In this document: positions 32,187 to 46,124 of the stretch, piece by piece | Layout: every line of letters begins with the position of its first letter | Numbering within the stretch: position 1 is the first letter of the stretch | Assembly (NCBI GenBank): GCA_965601925.1 | Contig: OZ271854.1 | Span: forward strand, 2,848,001-2,912,000 | DNA: 64,000 nt | Direction of reading: 5' to 3' | From: Alkalispirochaeta sp. | GTDB taxonomy: Bacteria; Spirochaetota; Spirochaetia; DSM-27196; Alkalispirochaetaceae | The notes under the pieces: model-generated | The model's input: only the letters and a program-made list of their open reading frames with translations | The model's database searches: none | Told to the model about the DNA's origin: nothing | Position numbers and translations under genes: made by a program

Positions 32187-32846
32187 TTAGAAATAAACCT
32201 CTGCAAACAAGCTGTTATGCGGCACTCCCGCGTCCTGCAGGATATCGAACGCCTCGTAAATCATATCGCAGTTACCGCACAGGTAATACCGCGCCTCCGC
32301 ATCGATCGATCGGGATCTGAGGTAGTCGGTAACGCGCCCGTGAAAATCCCCCGTCTTCTCACCGGTGATACAACTCACTACCCGGTCGCGATCGTAGGCG
32401 GTGTGTTCGTACAACTCCGAGGCGCTGCGCACCCCGTGAAGCAACGTATAGTCGAGACCCGGATAACTCCGAACGAAGGCGTGAAAGGGAGATATCCCCG
32501 TTCCCGTCGCGATGAAGACAAAACGATTGTCCCGCCAGTCGTCGTCGATCGTGAAAAATCCGAAAGGACCGTCCACCGTTACCGAGTCTCCGGTCTGCAA
32601 CGTCGCCAGACGGTTACTCACGTAGCCGCCGTCCACGCGCTTTACCAGTATCTCCAAGTAATCCGCCGACGGATCGGAGTACACCGAGTATTCGCGCATA
32701 TTGATGTCGCCGGTGGGACCCACGCTGAGATACTGGCCCGGCGCAAAGTCCAGCCCTCGTTTGTCGAATCGTAAGACAAATGCGCTTTCGCTCAGAAACC
32801 GGAGCTCTCGCACCGCGAATCCCGTTCTCGTTCGCGTCTGTTCCAT
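32187..32846 (-). CDS. Ferredoxin/flavodoxin-NADP+ reductase-like FAD/NAD(P) oxidoreductase
   Basis: PGQY, REYSVYS, GGYVS, IATGTGISPF, YYLCGN, C-terminal EVYF; abuts the miaB start. Confidence 0.88.
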   Translation of the reverse strand: MEQTRTRTGFAVRELRFLSESAFVLRFDKRGLDFAPGQYLSVGPTGDINMREYSVYSDPSADYLEILVKRVDGGYVSNRLATLQTGDSVTVDGPFGFFTIDDDWRDNRFVFIATGTGISPFHAFVRSYPGLDYTLLHGVRSASELYEHTAYDRDRVVSCITGEKTGDFHGRVTDYLRSRSIDAEARYYLCGNCDMIYEAFDILQDAGVPHNSLFAEVYF

Positions 32847-32905
32847 CGTCGTTTCCTATCTATGGTTCCGCGCCGTGGAGCGTGCTCCGTTACGTCGGAC
32901 ATTTG

Positions 32906-32933
32906 AGTATAAAAATATGACTGCAAAGGTCAA
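32906..32933 (-). promoter_or_regulatory. Candidate sigma70 promoter for the fpr-miaB-mtaB operon
   Basis: Minus strand TTGACC-16 bp-TATACT in an AT-rich intergenic region. Confidence 0.55.
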
Positions 32934-32984
32934 GGAAAGCTCGCCGGTAAATACAAGGAATTTTGTCCATTCACCGATGGACCA

Positions 32985-33014
32985 TTGACCACTATCGGGA
33001 TCAAACGCTACTCT
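32985..33014 (+). promoter_or_regulatory. Candidate sigma70 promoter for the histidine kinase
   Basis: TTGACC-18 bp-TACTCT. Confidence 0.35.
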
Positions 33015-33043
33015 CAGTCAACAAAGTGGGTGCTGATTAGATC

Positions 33044-34357
33044 ATGGTCCTTCGCTCGCGGTACCGTCAAATTACGATGATCTATGTGGTCTTGATAGCC
33101 GCATTGGTATGCGGAGTGATCATCGACCGTCAGATACTATACCCGGATCGCCAATTTCCACAGGTTGGTAATGCGGAAGTTCTCATTTATTTGGCGTTCT
33201 TATGCGGGTTCTCGATTCTATTGTTCTTCCGCGAAAGTCGCCGAACGCAAATCGCTCAGATTCTGCTTCTCATCGGTTTGGGGATCGCCGTCGTAACCGT
33301 AATAGCACCGAAAGAGCTCGGAGGCGATCTCAATTTTCTCCTCGCCGCTGCGTTGGCGTACAAGTACGGGCTGTTCAATACGCACCCTATCCTCAAGCTT
33401 ACGTCGGTCATCGGAACCCTTGCAATATCTCGTAGCATCGTTGCGATCATCAGGGACGATATCTCGGTCGGTCGCGTGCTCAATCAGCTCGTAATCGTGA
33501 GTCTTGCGATACCGATCGTCTACTGGCTTTTTGAGGACGAGCTAATCCGGACGCGGCGGGAGAAGAGACGGCTCGAGCAGCTTCAGCAGAGCAATCAACC
33601 TTTCGTAGAGTTCGGTCGTAACGTGAGCGGGATCGTGCACGACTTCAAAAACGACTTAGGGCTTCTCCATACGTTCGGACAATATCTCGACTTCTCGGCG
33701 GGAGAACCGATCGAAATGTCGTTGGTGAACCGTTACAAGGGGTACGTGGATCGGATTGCGATGCGCATTCGGCGCATCCTCATGGTTACGCAAGCATCGC
33801 ATCAGGCGACCGACAAACGCATACTTTTGCAGGACTTGGTGCGCTCCACGCTGTACGTGTTCCAGTCCAATCTGGAGTTCAAGCGCGTCGTCACCTTCGA
33901 CGTGCTGCTCGAGGATCGGGAACTGTACGCGACGATGCAACCGGCTCCGTTGATCTCGATCCTGGAGAACTTGATACGTAACTCGTGCGAAGCCCTCGTA
34001 GAGTCATACACCGGAGACTCGCCGCCGTCCGGCAAGGCGATCGTAACCGTCAAACTTCGCGTGCGGAGCGATGCCGTAGAGATTGTCGTCGCCGATAACG
34101 GGCCCGGCATTCCCTTTTGCGAAACGTGCCGCCATACCAACTGTCTCGAGTGTCCCAACTTCGCGATCGGAAAGTCGGGGAAGAAAGACGGCTCGGGCAT
34201 CGGAATGTTCAACATCCGCCATGCGGCGCGACAGCTCGGTATCGACGTCCACCTTTCCAGTGCTCACGGTCGCGGCGTGGTGGCTACCGTATCGATCCCG
34301 ATCGCCCGAATCGAGGCCGACAATGACATTGGTCGCACGTTGAGCGTTGACGCCTAA
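33044..34357 (+). CDS. Membrane sensor histidine kinase (about 5-6 TM) with Cys-rich ATP lid
   Basis: H box SGIVHDFKN, N box LENLIRNSCEA, G1 DNGPGI, insert CETCRHTNCLEC, G2 GSGIGM. Confidence 0.88.
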   Translation: MVLRSRYRQITMIYVVLIAALVCGVIIDRQILYPDRQFPQVGNAEVLIYLAFLCGFSILLFFRESRRTQIAQILLLIGLGIAVVTVIAPKELGGDLNFLLAAALAYKYGLFNTHPILKLTSVIGTLAISRSIVAIIRDDISVGRVLNQLVIVSLAIPIVYWLFEDELIRTRREKRRLEQLQQSNQPFVEFGRNVSGIVHDFKNDLGLLHTFGQYLDFSAGEPIEMSLVNRYKGYVDRIAMRIRRILMVTQASHQATDKRILLQDLVRSTLYVFQSNLEFKRVVTFDVLLEDRELYATMQPAPLISILENLIRNSCEALVESYTGDSPPSGKAIVTVKLRVRSDAVEIVVADNGPGIPFCETCRHTNCLECPNFAIGKSGKKDGSGIGMFNIRHAARQLGIDVHLSSAHGRGVVATVSIPIARIEADNDIGRTLSVDA

Positions 34358-34376
34358 ATTTAGTCGGCGCTATATT
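34347..34376 (+). promoter_or_regulatory. Candidate sigma70 promoter for flavodoxin
   Basis: TTGACG-18 bp-TATATT overlapping the kinase stop. Confidence 0.5.
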
Positions 34377-34421
34377 CTCACCTACAACAACGACAACATT
34401 GTCCATCTTTAGGGGGAAGGC

Positions 34422-34922
34422 ATGGTCGCGATCATCTATGGGTCGTCCACAATGAACACCGAATACGTATCACAGCGGCTTGCGGCTGCCTTTGGCTCCG
34501 ATCAAGAGATTCTGCACAATGTAAAGGACATCGATCCCGCGGTCATCGAGGGATCGCGCAACATCGTCTTCGTCACCTCTACCTGGGGTGCCGGGGATCT
34601 CCAAGACGACTGGGAGGAGTTTTTCCCCCGCTTGGAGGAGATGGATCTTTCGGGAAAGGTAATCGGTCTGGTCGGGGTCGGAGACCAAGAGAACTATCCC
34701 GATACCTTTTGCGACGGTATTTCGCACCTGTACGACGTTGTCGTGCGGAACGGCGGCCGCGTCGTCGGCTCAACGAATACCGAGGGGTATAACTTCAAGC
34801 AATCGCGTTCGGTGAAAGACGGCGATTTCGTCGGGCTGGTGATCGACGAGGACAACCAAGCCGATCGTACCGACGAGCGCATTCGAGACTGGGTTGCGGC
34901 CGTCTCGGGGGAGTTTGTGTGA
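34422..34922 (+). CDS. fldA: Long-chain flavodoxin
   Basis: IYGSSTMNT, TSTWGAGDLQDDW, GVGDQENYPDTFCDG, FVGLVIDEDNQ. Confidence 0.92.
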   Translation: MVAIIYGSSTMNTEYVSQRLAAAFGSDQEILHNVKDIDPAVIEGSRNIVFVTSTWGAGDLQDDWEEFFPRLEEMDLSGKVIGLVGVGDQENYPDTFCDGISHLYDVVVRNGGRVVGSTNTEGYNFKQSRSVKDGDFVGLVIDEDNQADRTDERIRDWVAAVSGEFV

Positions 34923-34923
34923 C

Positions 34924-34952
34924 TTGACAATTCCGTTCCGCTCTGCTACCTT
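34924..34952 (+). promoter_or_regulatory. Sigma70 promoter for tRNA-Thr/tRNA-Trp/secE
   Basis: TTGACA-17 bp-TACCTT with extended TG, 18 bp before tRNA-Thr. Confidence 0.7.
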
Positions 34953-34970
34953 CCTCTGAACTTTGAAGAC

Positions 34971-35043
34971 GCCCTTGTAGCTCAGTCGGTAGAGCACATC
35001 CATGGTAAGGATGGGGTCATCGGTTCAAGTCCGATCGAGGGCT
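34971..35043 (+). tRNA. tRNA-Thr(GGT)
   Basis: Cloverleaf: GCCCTTG/CGAGGGC acceptor, CATCC-ATGGTAA-GGATG anticodon arm, TTCAAGT T-loop; CCA not encoded. Confidence 0.96.
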
Positions 35044-35067
35044 CTGCGGAAAAAGCCGTCCGCTTTC

Positions 35068-35141
35068 AGGCCAGTAGCTCCAATTGGTAGAGCGCCGGTC
35101 TCCAAAACCGGATGTTGTAGGTTCGAGTCCTGCCTGGCCTG
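35068..35141 (+). tRNA. tRNA-Trp(CCA)
   Basis: AGGCCAG/CTGGCCT acceptor, CCGGT-CTCCAAA-ACCGG anticodon arm, TTCGAGT T-loop; canonical position before secE. Confidence 0.96.
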
Positions 35142-35187
35142 CTCTTTTTTTGAGTCAAGGCGGCTGTCTGTTTGTGAGGAGTATTTG

Positions 35188-35367
35188 GTGAAGAAGATTA
35201 TCGCCTTTTTCCAGAACAGTTACGCGGAGCTGAAGAAGGTGACATGGCCCTCTCGCGACGAGGTGTGGTCGTCGACCCGTGTCATTCTGGTGTCCGTGCT
35301 GATTTTCGCCGCTGTTTTGGGCGTGCTCGATTTTCTTTTTCTCAACGGGATTGACCTCTTCTTTTAA
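35188..35367 (+). CDS. secE: Preprotein translocase SecE
   Basis: ELKKVTWPSRDEV + single TM; GAGGAG RBS before GTG 35188. Confidence 0.92.
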   Translation: MKKIIAFFQNSYAELKKVTWPSRDEVWSSTRVILVSVLIFAAVLGVLDFLFLNGIDLFF

Positions 35368-35391
35368 GGTCCGTGAGGCTCTGAGTTAACT

Positions 35392-35946
35392 ATGGCCAAA
35401 AACTGGTACGTCCTTCATACCTACTCCGGGTACGAGAGTAAGATCGAACGCACGATTCGCATGATGATGGACGAGGGAAAGCTGGGCGACGCGGTGATCG
35501 ACATCAAAGTTCCTTCGGAACAGGTTGTCGAGGTCCGGGACGGGAAAAAGCGGGTAACCAACAAGAAGTTTCTTCCCGGTTATGTGCTCATGGAGATGGA
35601 CCTGCCCGATGCCGGATGGAAAGGCGTTCTGTCCGCAATTCGACGTATCAACGGCGTGACCGGATTCGTCGGCTCGTCGCCCGGTGCCAAGCCGCATCCC
35701 ATCTCTCAGGAAGAGGCGCGGACGATCCTTCAGAAGACCGGCGAGATCAAGGGCGATAGGACGATCAAGCCGAAGGAGAGTTTTGTCGTCGGCGAGACGG
35801 TGCGAATCATCGACGGTCCGTTCAACACATTTACCGGCACCGTCGAGGACGTCAATACGGAGAAGGCGAAGCTTCGCGTGACCGTCGGGATCTTCGGTCG
35901 TTCGACGCCGGTGGAGCTGGACTTTCTCCAGGTAGAAAAAATCTAA
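35392..35946 (+). CDS. nusG: Transcription factor NusG
   Basis: [46 protein letters not shown]. Confidence 0.97.
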   Translation: MAKNWYVLHTYSGYESKIERTIRMMMDEGKLGDAVIDIKVPSEQVVEVRDGKKRVTNKKFLPGYVLMEMDLPDAGWKGVLSAIRRINGVTGFVGSSPGAKPHPISQEEARTILQKTGEIKGDRTIKPKESFVVGETVRIIDGPFNTFTGTVEDVNTEKAKLRVTVGIFGRSTPVELDFLQVEKI

Positions 35947-35980
35947 CAGCGCAACGCGGTCGAGCGTACGCTCGATTCAT

Positions 35981-36037
35981 GTGGGAGTCATCCCGGACCC
36001 TAGTTCGGTGAACCAATCCGGGAGACGGTGGAACCAC
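35981..36037 (+). promoter_or_regulatory. Probable L1-binding mRNA leader of rplKA
   Basis: GTGGGAG...GAACCAC ends enclosing a tcccgga/tccggga stem, directly before the rplK RBS. Confidence 0.6.
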
Positions 36038-36049
36038 AAAGGAGGCCAT

Positions 36050-36481
36050 ATGGCTAAGAAAAAAGAGGTGGCGCAGATTAAGCTGCAGGTGCCCGCCGGG
36101 AAGGCGACGCCCGCTCCCCCGGTCGGTCCGGCGCTCGGTCCCCATGGGGTGAGCGCGCCGCAGTTCGTGCAGCAGTTCAACGACGTCACCAAGAACTTTG
36201 AACCGGGATTGCTGATCCCCGTCGTGATCACCGTCTACGCCGATCGGTCGTTTTCATTTATCACGAAAACGCCGCCGGCCGCCGTGCTTATCAAAAAGGC
36301 GCTCGGTCTTGAGAAGGGCTCTTCCGAGCCGAACAAGACCAAAGTCGGTACCATTACGACCGCGCAGTTGAAAGAGATCGCGACGACCAAAATGCCCGAT
36401 CTCAACGCCAACGACATTGACGCCGCGATAAAGATCATCGCCGGTACCGCCCGCAGTATGGGCGTCGTGGTGGAGGGTTGA
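36050..36481 (+). CDS. rplK: 50S ribosomal protein L11
   Basis: [26 protein letters not shown]. Confidence 0.97.
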   Translation: MAKKKEVAQIKLQVPAGKATPAPPVGPALGPHGVSAPQFVQQFNDVTKNFEPGLLIPVVITVYADRSFSFITKTPPAAVLIKKALGLEKGSSEPNKTKVGTITTAQLKEIATTKMPDLNANDIDAAIKIIAGTARSMGVVVEG

Positions 36482-36485
36482 CGGT

Positions 36486-37160
36486 ATGAAGCGTGGAAAA
36501 AAATATCGAGAGGCAACCGCCAAGATCGATCGATTGCACGCCTATCCGGTCGAAGAGGCCGTAACGCTCGTCAAAGACGTCTCGTTCGCCAAGTTCGACG
36601 AGACGATCGAGCTCTCCATGAATCTGAATCTCAAGAAGAGTCAAACGGTGCGCGATACGGTGGTGCTTCCCCACCAGTTTACCGGTGAGAAGCGGGTATT
36701 GGTCTTCGCCAAAGGCGACAAGGCCGAAGAGGCGCGCCAAGCCGGTGCGGCGTACGTGGGCGACGACGACCTTATTGAGAAGATCAAAGGCGGATGGCTC
36801 GACTTCGACGTTGCGGTGGCGACACCGGATATGATGAAGGATGTGGGGCGCCTCGGTCCGATTCTCGGGCGCCGGGGGTTAATGCCCAATCCGAAGACGC
36901 AGACGGTAACGATGGATGTTGCGGCGGCGCTGGCCGAGCTTCAGAAGGGGCGCGTAGAGTTTCGCTCCGACAAGACCGGCGTCGTGCACTTGGCCGTCGG
37001 AAAGGTCTCGATGGAGCCCTCTCAGGTAGCCGAGAACATTCGATTGATCATTGACGAGGTAGAGAAGCGTCGTCCCGCGGAAACCAAGGGTACATTCGTC
37101 AAGTCCGTCGCGGTCTCCTCCTCTATGGGGCCCGGTGTTCACGTGGCGACGGGAGAGTAA
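36486..37160 (+). CDS. rplA: 50S ribosomal protein L1
   Basis: [32 protein letters not shown]. Confidence 0.97.
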   Translation: MKRGKKYREATAKIDRLHAYPVEEAVTLVKDVSFAKFDETIELSMNLNLKKSQTVRDTVVLPHQFTGEKRVLVFAKGDKAEEARQAGAAYVGDDDLIEKIKGGWLDFDVAVATPDMMKDVGRLGPILGRRGLMPNPKTQTVTMDVAAALAELQKGRVEFRSDKTGVVHLAVGKVSMEPSQVAENIRLIIDEVEKRRPAETKGTFVKSVAVSSSMGPGVHVATGE

Positions 37161-37164
37161 ACAG

Positions 37165-37698
37165 ATGGCAGAATACCAAACGAAGATAAACGACGCCAAA
37201 ACCGCGGCCGTCGACGCTCTCAAGGAGATGTTCTCCGGGGCCTCGGACTACGTGTTTACCGATTATCGCGGGTTGAGCGTACAACAGATCACCGAGCTTC
37301 GCGGAAAGTTGCGCGACAACGATGCGGACTTCCACGTCGTCAAGAACAACTACGCGCGCATCGCCTTTCAGCAGATGGAGAAGCCGGACGTCTCGGACTA
37401 CCTGGTAGGACCGACGGCGATCGCCCTTGCAAAGAAGGACTCAGCGCCGGTCGTCAAGGTGTTGGTCGACTTTGCCAAAGACGCTTCGGTTGAGGTGAAG
37501 GGCGCCTTGGTCGGCGAGACGGTGTTCGACGCCCGACAGGCCGAGGCGTTCAGCAAGTTGCCGAGCCGCGAGGCGCTCATCTCGCAATTGATGAGCGTGA
37601 TGCAGGCGCCCATGCAGAATTTGGTCTACGCTCTTAACGGGGTGCCGACCAACATCGCGCGTGTGCTGCAGGCGGTGGCGGACAAAAAAGGAGAGTAG
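37165..37698 (+). CDS. rplJ: 50S ribosomal protein L10
   Basis: DYRGLSV, VVKNN, GPTAIA, KLPSRE. Confidence 0.95.
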   Translation: MAEYQTKINDAKTAAVDALKEMFSGASDYVFTDYRGLSVQQITELRGKLRDNDADFHVVKNNYARIAFQQMEKPDVSDYLVGPTAIALAKKDSAPVVKVLVDFAKDASVEVKGALVGETVFDARQAEAFSKLPSREALISQLMSVMQAPMQNLVYALNGVPTNIARVLQAVADKKGE

Positions 37699-37803
37699 GG
37701 ACGATCGCAATGCGTTCGTCCTCACCGATACGGGGAATTATCGGCGTTAGTCTTCGATGCAACTGCCTGCTATCGCCGAAGCATATCGAAAGGAGAAGAT
37801 AAT

Positions 37804-38199
37804 ATGGCGGCAATTACGAAAGAGGATATCCTCGAAACTGTTGCAGGAATGACCGTGCTCGAAGTGAGCGAGCTGGTCAAAATGATGGAAGAGAAGTTCG
37901 GTGTTACCGCTGCGGCTCCGGTTGCCGTTGCAGCCGCCGGCGCGGTCGCCGGGGGCGAGGCCGAAGAGGCCGAAGAGCAGACCGAGTTCAATGTCATCCT
38001 GAAGGGTGTCAAGGACGGCGGAAACAAGATCCAGGTTATCAAGGCGGTGCGTACCGTCGTGAGCGGTCTGGGTCTCAAGGAAGCGAAGGAGCTTGTTGAA
38101 GCTGGTGGTAAGCCTGTACGGGAAGGTGTCTCAAAGGACGAAGCCGCTGAAATCAAGAAGACCCTCGAGGACGCCGGCGCTGAGATCGAGGTTCAGTAG
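37804..38199 (+). CDS. rplL: 50S ribosomal protein L7/L12
   Basis: [32 protein letters not shown]. Confidence 0.97.
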   Translation: MAAITKEDILETVAGMTVLEVSELVKMMEEKFGVTAAAPVAVAAAGAVAGGEAEEAEEQTEFNVILKGVKDGGNKIQVIKAVRTVVSGLGLKEAKELVEAGGKPVREGVSKDEAAEIKKTLEDAGAEIEVQ

Positions 38200-38236
38200 C
38201 GCCGCGCCGACTCACAATCGTTTTCCATTTCTCAAA

Positions 38237-38273
38237 CACCACCGGTGTATAGGTACGCCGGTGGTGCATTTTT
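38237..38273 (+). terminator. Hairpin/attenuator between rplL and rpoB
   Basis: caccaccggtgta-tagg-tacgccggtggtg followed by cattttt. Confidence 0.65.
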
Positions 38274-38300
38274 GTCTTAAGCCTTTGTCGGGAGGTGTAC

Positions 38301-41300
38301 ATGTTTGACAGAGAACGAATTATCGACCGGACCGAGGTGGGAACCGCGGGTCCTAAGGTCATGGAGCTCCCGGATCTGGTCGATATTCAACTCTCGTCCT
38401 ATGAGCGGTTTCTTCAGAGGGAACGTCTTCTCGCCGGTGAGCCTCCTTTGATTCAGGGGCTTCTGGAAGTCTTTGAATCGACGTTTCCCATCGAGAGTCC
38501 GTCGGGCGATCTTCGCCTCGAGTTTGATCACTATATCCTTGATGAAGAAAACATCAAGATGAGTGAGGTAGAGTGCAAGAATAAGGGAAACACCTACGCC
38601 GTCCCGATCAAAGCTCGTATTAACCTGATTTTTCTCGAGACCGGTGAAATCCGGCAGAAAGATATATACATGGGCGACATTCCGCTCATGACCGAGCGCG
38701 GTACCTTCATCATTAACGGCGCCGAGCGCGTCGTCGTCAGTCAGATTCACCGCAGTCCGGGCGTTATTTTCTCCCACGAGAAGGGTGTCTATAGCTCGCG
38801 CATTATTCCGTATCGCGGAAGTTGGTTGGAGTTCGAGATCGATCAGAAGCGCGATCTCATCTACGCCAAGATCGATCGCAAGAAGCGCATCCTCGGGACG
38901 CTCTTTCTGCGGGCGCTGTCCTACGACACGCGCGAGAAGATCATCGATCTCTTCTACCGGAGCGAGCAGGTCAAGATTAAGGATAATCGTGAGTTGCGTG
39001 ATCGTCTCGTAGGGCGCGTGTTGGCTCGCGCGGTCTTCTCCACCGATGAGGAGGGGCAGGAACGTAAGCTCTACCGCGCCGGGGAGAAGATTCATCCCCA
39101 TGACGTCGACGAGTTGCTCCACGGTGGGGTCAAATCCATCTGGCTGATCGACGACGACGATCCGGAATCGCTCCACGCCGACATCATTCTCAACTGTTTC
39201 GAGCGTGAAGAGTCGAAGTTCGTCGGAGAAGACGCGGATCGCGACGAGCCGAGCAAAGAGGACGCGATCTCGGCGATCTACGCCGTGTTACAGCCCGGTG
39301 AGCCGATTACGATGGAGAGTGCGGAGAAGGATTTTCAAAGCATGTTCTTCTCCTCCCGGCGCTACGATCTGGGGCGCGTCGGTCGCTACAAGCTCAACAA
39401 GAAGTTCGACTACGAGGAGCCGACCGAAGACTTCATCCTGACGCAGGACGACATCGTCAATACGATGCGCTTTCTGATCAAGGTCTATATCGGCGAGGAA
39501 AACGTCGACGACATCGATCACTTGGGAAATCGACGCGTCCGGTCGGTCGGCGAGCTTCTGGCCAATACGCTGAAGACCGCCTTCAGCAGAATGGAGCGCA
39601 TCGCCAAGGATCGTATGTCGCTCAAGGAGACCGACACGATCAAGCCGCAGGATCTCGTCTCGATCAAACCGATCGTCGCGGCGATCAAGGAGTTCTTCGG
39701 CTCCTCCCAGCTCTCGCAGTTCATGGATCAGGTCAATCCGCTCTCGGAGTTGACCCACAAGCGCCGCCTCAACGCGTTGGGGCCCGGCGGTCTCTCGCGA
39801 GACCGCGCCGGGTTCGAGGTGCGCGACGTCCACTACACGCACTACGGCCGTATGTGTCCTATCGAGACGCCGGAAGGGCCCAATATCGGTCTGATCGTCT
39901 CGTTGGCGAACTACACGCGCGTTAACGACTACGGCTTTTTGGAAACTCCGTACCGCAAGGTCCATTCGGGCATCGTATCCGACGATATCGAGTATCTGTC
40001 GGCGATGGACGAAGAGAAGCACTTTATCGCTCAGGCCAACGCCCCGATCAGCAAGAAGGGTGAGTTCCGACTCGACCAAGTGTCGGTCCGCAAAAGCGGT
40101 GACTACACGACCCGCACGCCCGACCAGATCGAGTACATGGACGTCTCGCCTAAGCAGATCATCAGCGTCAGCGCGTCTTTGATTCCCTTTTTGGAGCACG
40201 ACGACGCAAACCGGGCGCTCATGGGATCCAATATGCAGCGCCAGGCGGTTCCGCTGGTATTTCCGGAGCCTCCCAGAGTCGGGACCGGTATGGAGAGTAA
40301 GACCGCCTACGACTCCGGCGTCTTGGTAAAGGCGCGCCGCGCAGGTACGGTGGTTTACGTCTCCAGTACGCGGGTCGTGATCGATCCCGATGAGAAGAAA
40401 GACGCCCATGATCAGGACGTCCACGTCATGATCAAATACCAGCGGACAAACCAGGATACGTGTTACATCCAGAAGCCGATGGTCGAGGTCGGCCAGAAAA
40501 TCGCCGTCGGCGATGCCATAGCCGACGGGCCCTCCACGTTTAAGGGGGAGTTGGCACTGGGGCGCAACGTCTTGGTCGGATTCGTGCCGTGGAACGGATA
40601 CAACTACGAGGACGCGATTCTCATATCGGAGAAGGTGGTCAAAGAGGACATCTTCACTTCCGTCCACATTAAAGAGTTCTCCATCGACGTGCGGGAGACC
40701 AAACTGGGGCCGGAGAAGATCACCAGCGACATTCCGAACGTCAGTGAGAAGGCGCTCTCCAAGCTCGACGGCGAGGGCATCGTGCGCATCGGCGCCAAAG
40801 TGGGCAGCTCCGACATCCTCGTCGGAAAGGTGACGCCCAAGAGCGATACCGAGACGACGCCCGAGTTCAAACTTCTCAATCAGATTTTCGGTGAGAAGGC
40901 CAAAGAGGTGCGCGACACCTCGCTCAAAGTACCTCACGGCGTCGAAGGCACCGTTATCGATGTCCAGCGCCTCAACCGGAGCGAGGGCGACGATCTCTCA
41001 CCGGGCGTCGAGCAGGTGGTCAAAGTGCTGATCGCCACCAAGCGTAAACTTCGCGAGGGCGACAAGATGGCGGGACGTCACGGAAACAAGGGTGTCATCG
41101 CCCGCGTGTTGCCTGAGGAGGATATGCCGTTCATGGCCGACGGGACGCCGCTGGATGTCTGTCTCAATCCTCTCGGTGTTCCCAGTCGTATGAACCTGGG
41201 ACAGATTCTCGAGACGGAGCTCGGATGGGCCGCCCTCAATCTCGACGAGTGGTACGCGACACCGGTCTTCGAGTCGGCGACCAACCAACAGATCGAGGAT

Positions 41301-41804
41301 AAGCTGTCCGCCGCCGGATTGCCGGCAAATTCCAAGACGGTGCTCCACGACGGGCGCACCGGCGAACGGTTTGAGAATCCGGTCATGGTGGGCGTCATGT
41401 ACATGCTCAAACTTCACCACTTGGTCGACGACAAGATGCACGCCCGTTCAACCGGACCGTACTCTCTCGTGACTCAGCAACCCCTGGGCGGTAAGGCTCA
41501 GTTCGGTGGTCAGCGTCTGGGTGAGATGGAAGTATGGGCTCTCGAGGCGTACGGCGCCGCAAATACCCTCCAAGAGCTTCTTACCATCAAGAGCGACGAC
41601 ATGAACGGGCGCGCAAAGATATACGAGAGCATCGTCAAGGGGCTTCCCAGCACCTCGGCGGGCGTTCCCGAATCGTTCAACGTCCTCGTGCAGGAGCTCA
41701 GGGGACTCGGGCTCGATATGTCGATATACGATAGCAAAGGCAAGCAGGTTCCTCTCACCGAGCGTGATGAGGAGCTCATTAACCGGCAAGGCAGCAACTT
41801 CTAA
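38301..41804 (+). CDS. rpoB: RNA polymerase beta subunit
   Basis: [54 protein letters not shown]. Confidence 0.99.
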   Translation: MFDRERIIDRTEVGTAGPKVMELPDLVDIQLSSYERFLQRERLLAGEPPLIQGLLEVFESTFPIESPSGDLRLEFDHYILDEENIKMSEVECKNKGNTYAVPIKARINLIFLETGEIRQKDIYMGDIPLMTERGTFIINGAERVVVSQIHRSPGVIFSHEKGVYSSRIIPYRGSWLEFEIDQKRDLIYAKIDRKKRILGTLFLRALSYDTREKIIDLFYRSEQVKIKDNRELRDRLVGRVLARAVFSTDEEGQERKLYRAGEKIHPHDVDELLHGGVKSIWLIDDDDPESLHADIILNCFEREESKFVGEDADRDEPSKEDAISAIYAVLQPGEPITMESAEKDFQSMFFSSRRYDLGRVGRYKLNKKFDYEEPTEDFILTQDDIVNTMRFLIKVYIGEENVDDIDHLGNRRVRSVGELLANTLKTAFSRMERIAKDRMSLKETDTIKPQDLVSIKPIVAAIKEFFGSSQLSQFMDQVNPLSELTHKRRLNALGPGGLSRDRAGFEVRDVHYTHYGRMCPIETPEGPNIGLIVSLANYTRVNDYGFLETPYRKVHSGIVSDDIEYLSAMDEEKHFIAQANAPISKKGEFRLDQVSVRKSGDYTTRTPDQIEYMDVSPKQIISVSASLIPFLEHDDANRALMGSNMQRQAVPLVFPEPPRVGTGMESKTAYDSGVLVKARRAGTVVYVSSTRVVIDPDEKKDAHDQDVHVMIKYQRTNQDTCYIQKPMVEVGQKIAVGDAIADGPSTFKGELALGRNVLVGFVPWNGYNYEDAILISEKVVKEDIFTSVHIKEFSIDVRETKLGPEKITSDIPNVSEKALSKLDGEGIVRIGAKVGSSDILVGKVTPKSDTETTPEFKLLNQIFGEKAKEVRDTSLKVPHGVEGTVIDVQRLNRSEGDDLSPGVEQVVKVLIATKRKLREGDKMAGRHGNKGVIARVLPEEDMPFMADGTPLDVCLNPLGVPSRMNLGQILETELGWAALNLDEWYATPVFESATNQQIEDKLSAAGLPANSKTVLHDGRTGERFENPVMVGVMYMLKLHHLVDDKMHARSTGPYSLVTQQPLGGKAQFGGQRLGEMEVWALEAYGAANTLQELLTIKSDDMNGRAKIYESIVKGLPSTSAGVPESFNVLVQELRGLGLDMSIYDSKGKQVPLTERDEELINRQGSNF

Positions 41805-41818
41805 GGAGCGATACCGGT

Positions 41819-46048
<4,230 letters not shown>

Positions 46049-46059
46049 GCCGGCCGGCC

Positions 46060-46089
46060 TTGACACCTCAAGGTGTCAATTGGTATGGT
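46060..46089 (+). promoter_or_regulatory. rpsL promoter overlapped by a perfect inverted repeat
   Basis: TTGACA-18 bp-TATGGT with extended TG; TTGACACCT-CA-AGGTGTCAA palindrome at 46060-46079. Confidence 0.65.
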
Positions 46090-46124
46090 ACCGCTCTACG
46101 ATTTCAACGGAGTATAGAATACAG

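Noticed and set aside
33044..33550. Lower-GC look of the kinase 5' half as a sign of a mobile island
   Set aside because: Explained by hydrophobic TM codons; no integrase, att repeat of the neighbouring tRNA, or IS ends seen.
35002..35187. N-terminal extension of the 121-aa secE ORF
   Set aside because: Runs through two tRNA genes; the real start is GTG 35188 with an RBS.
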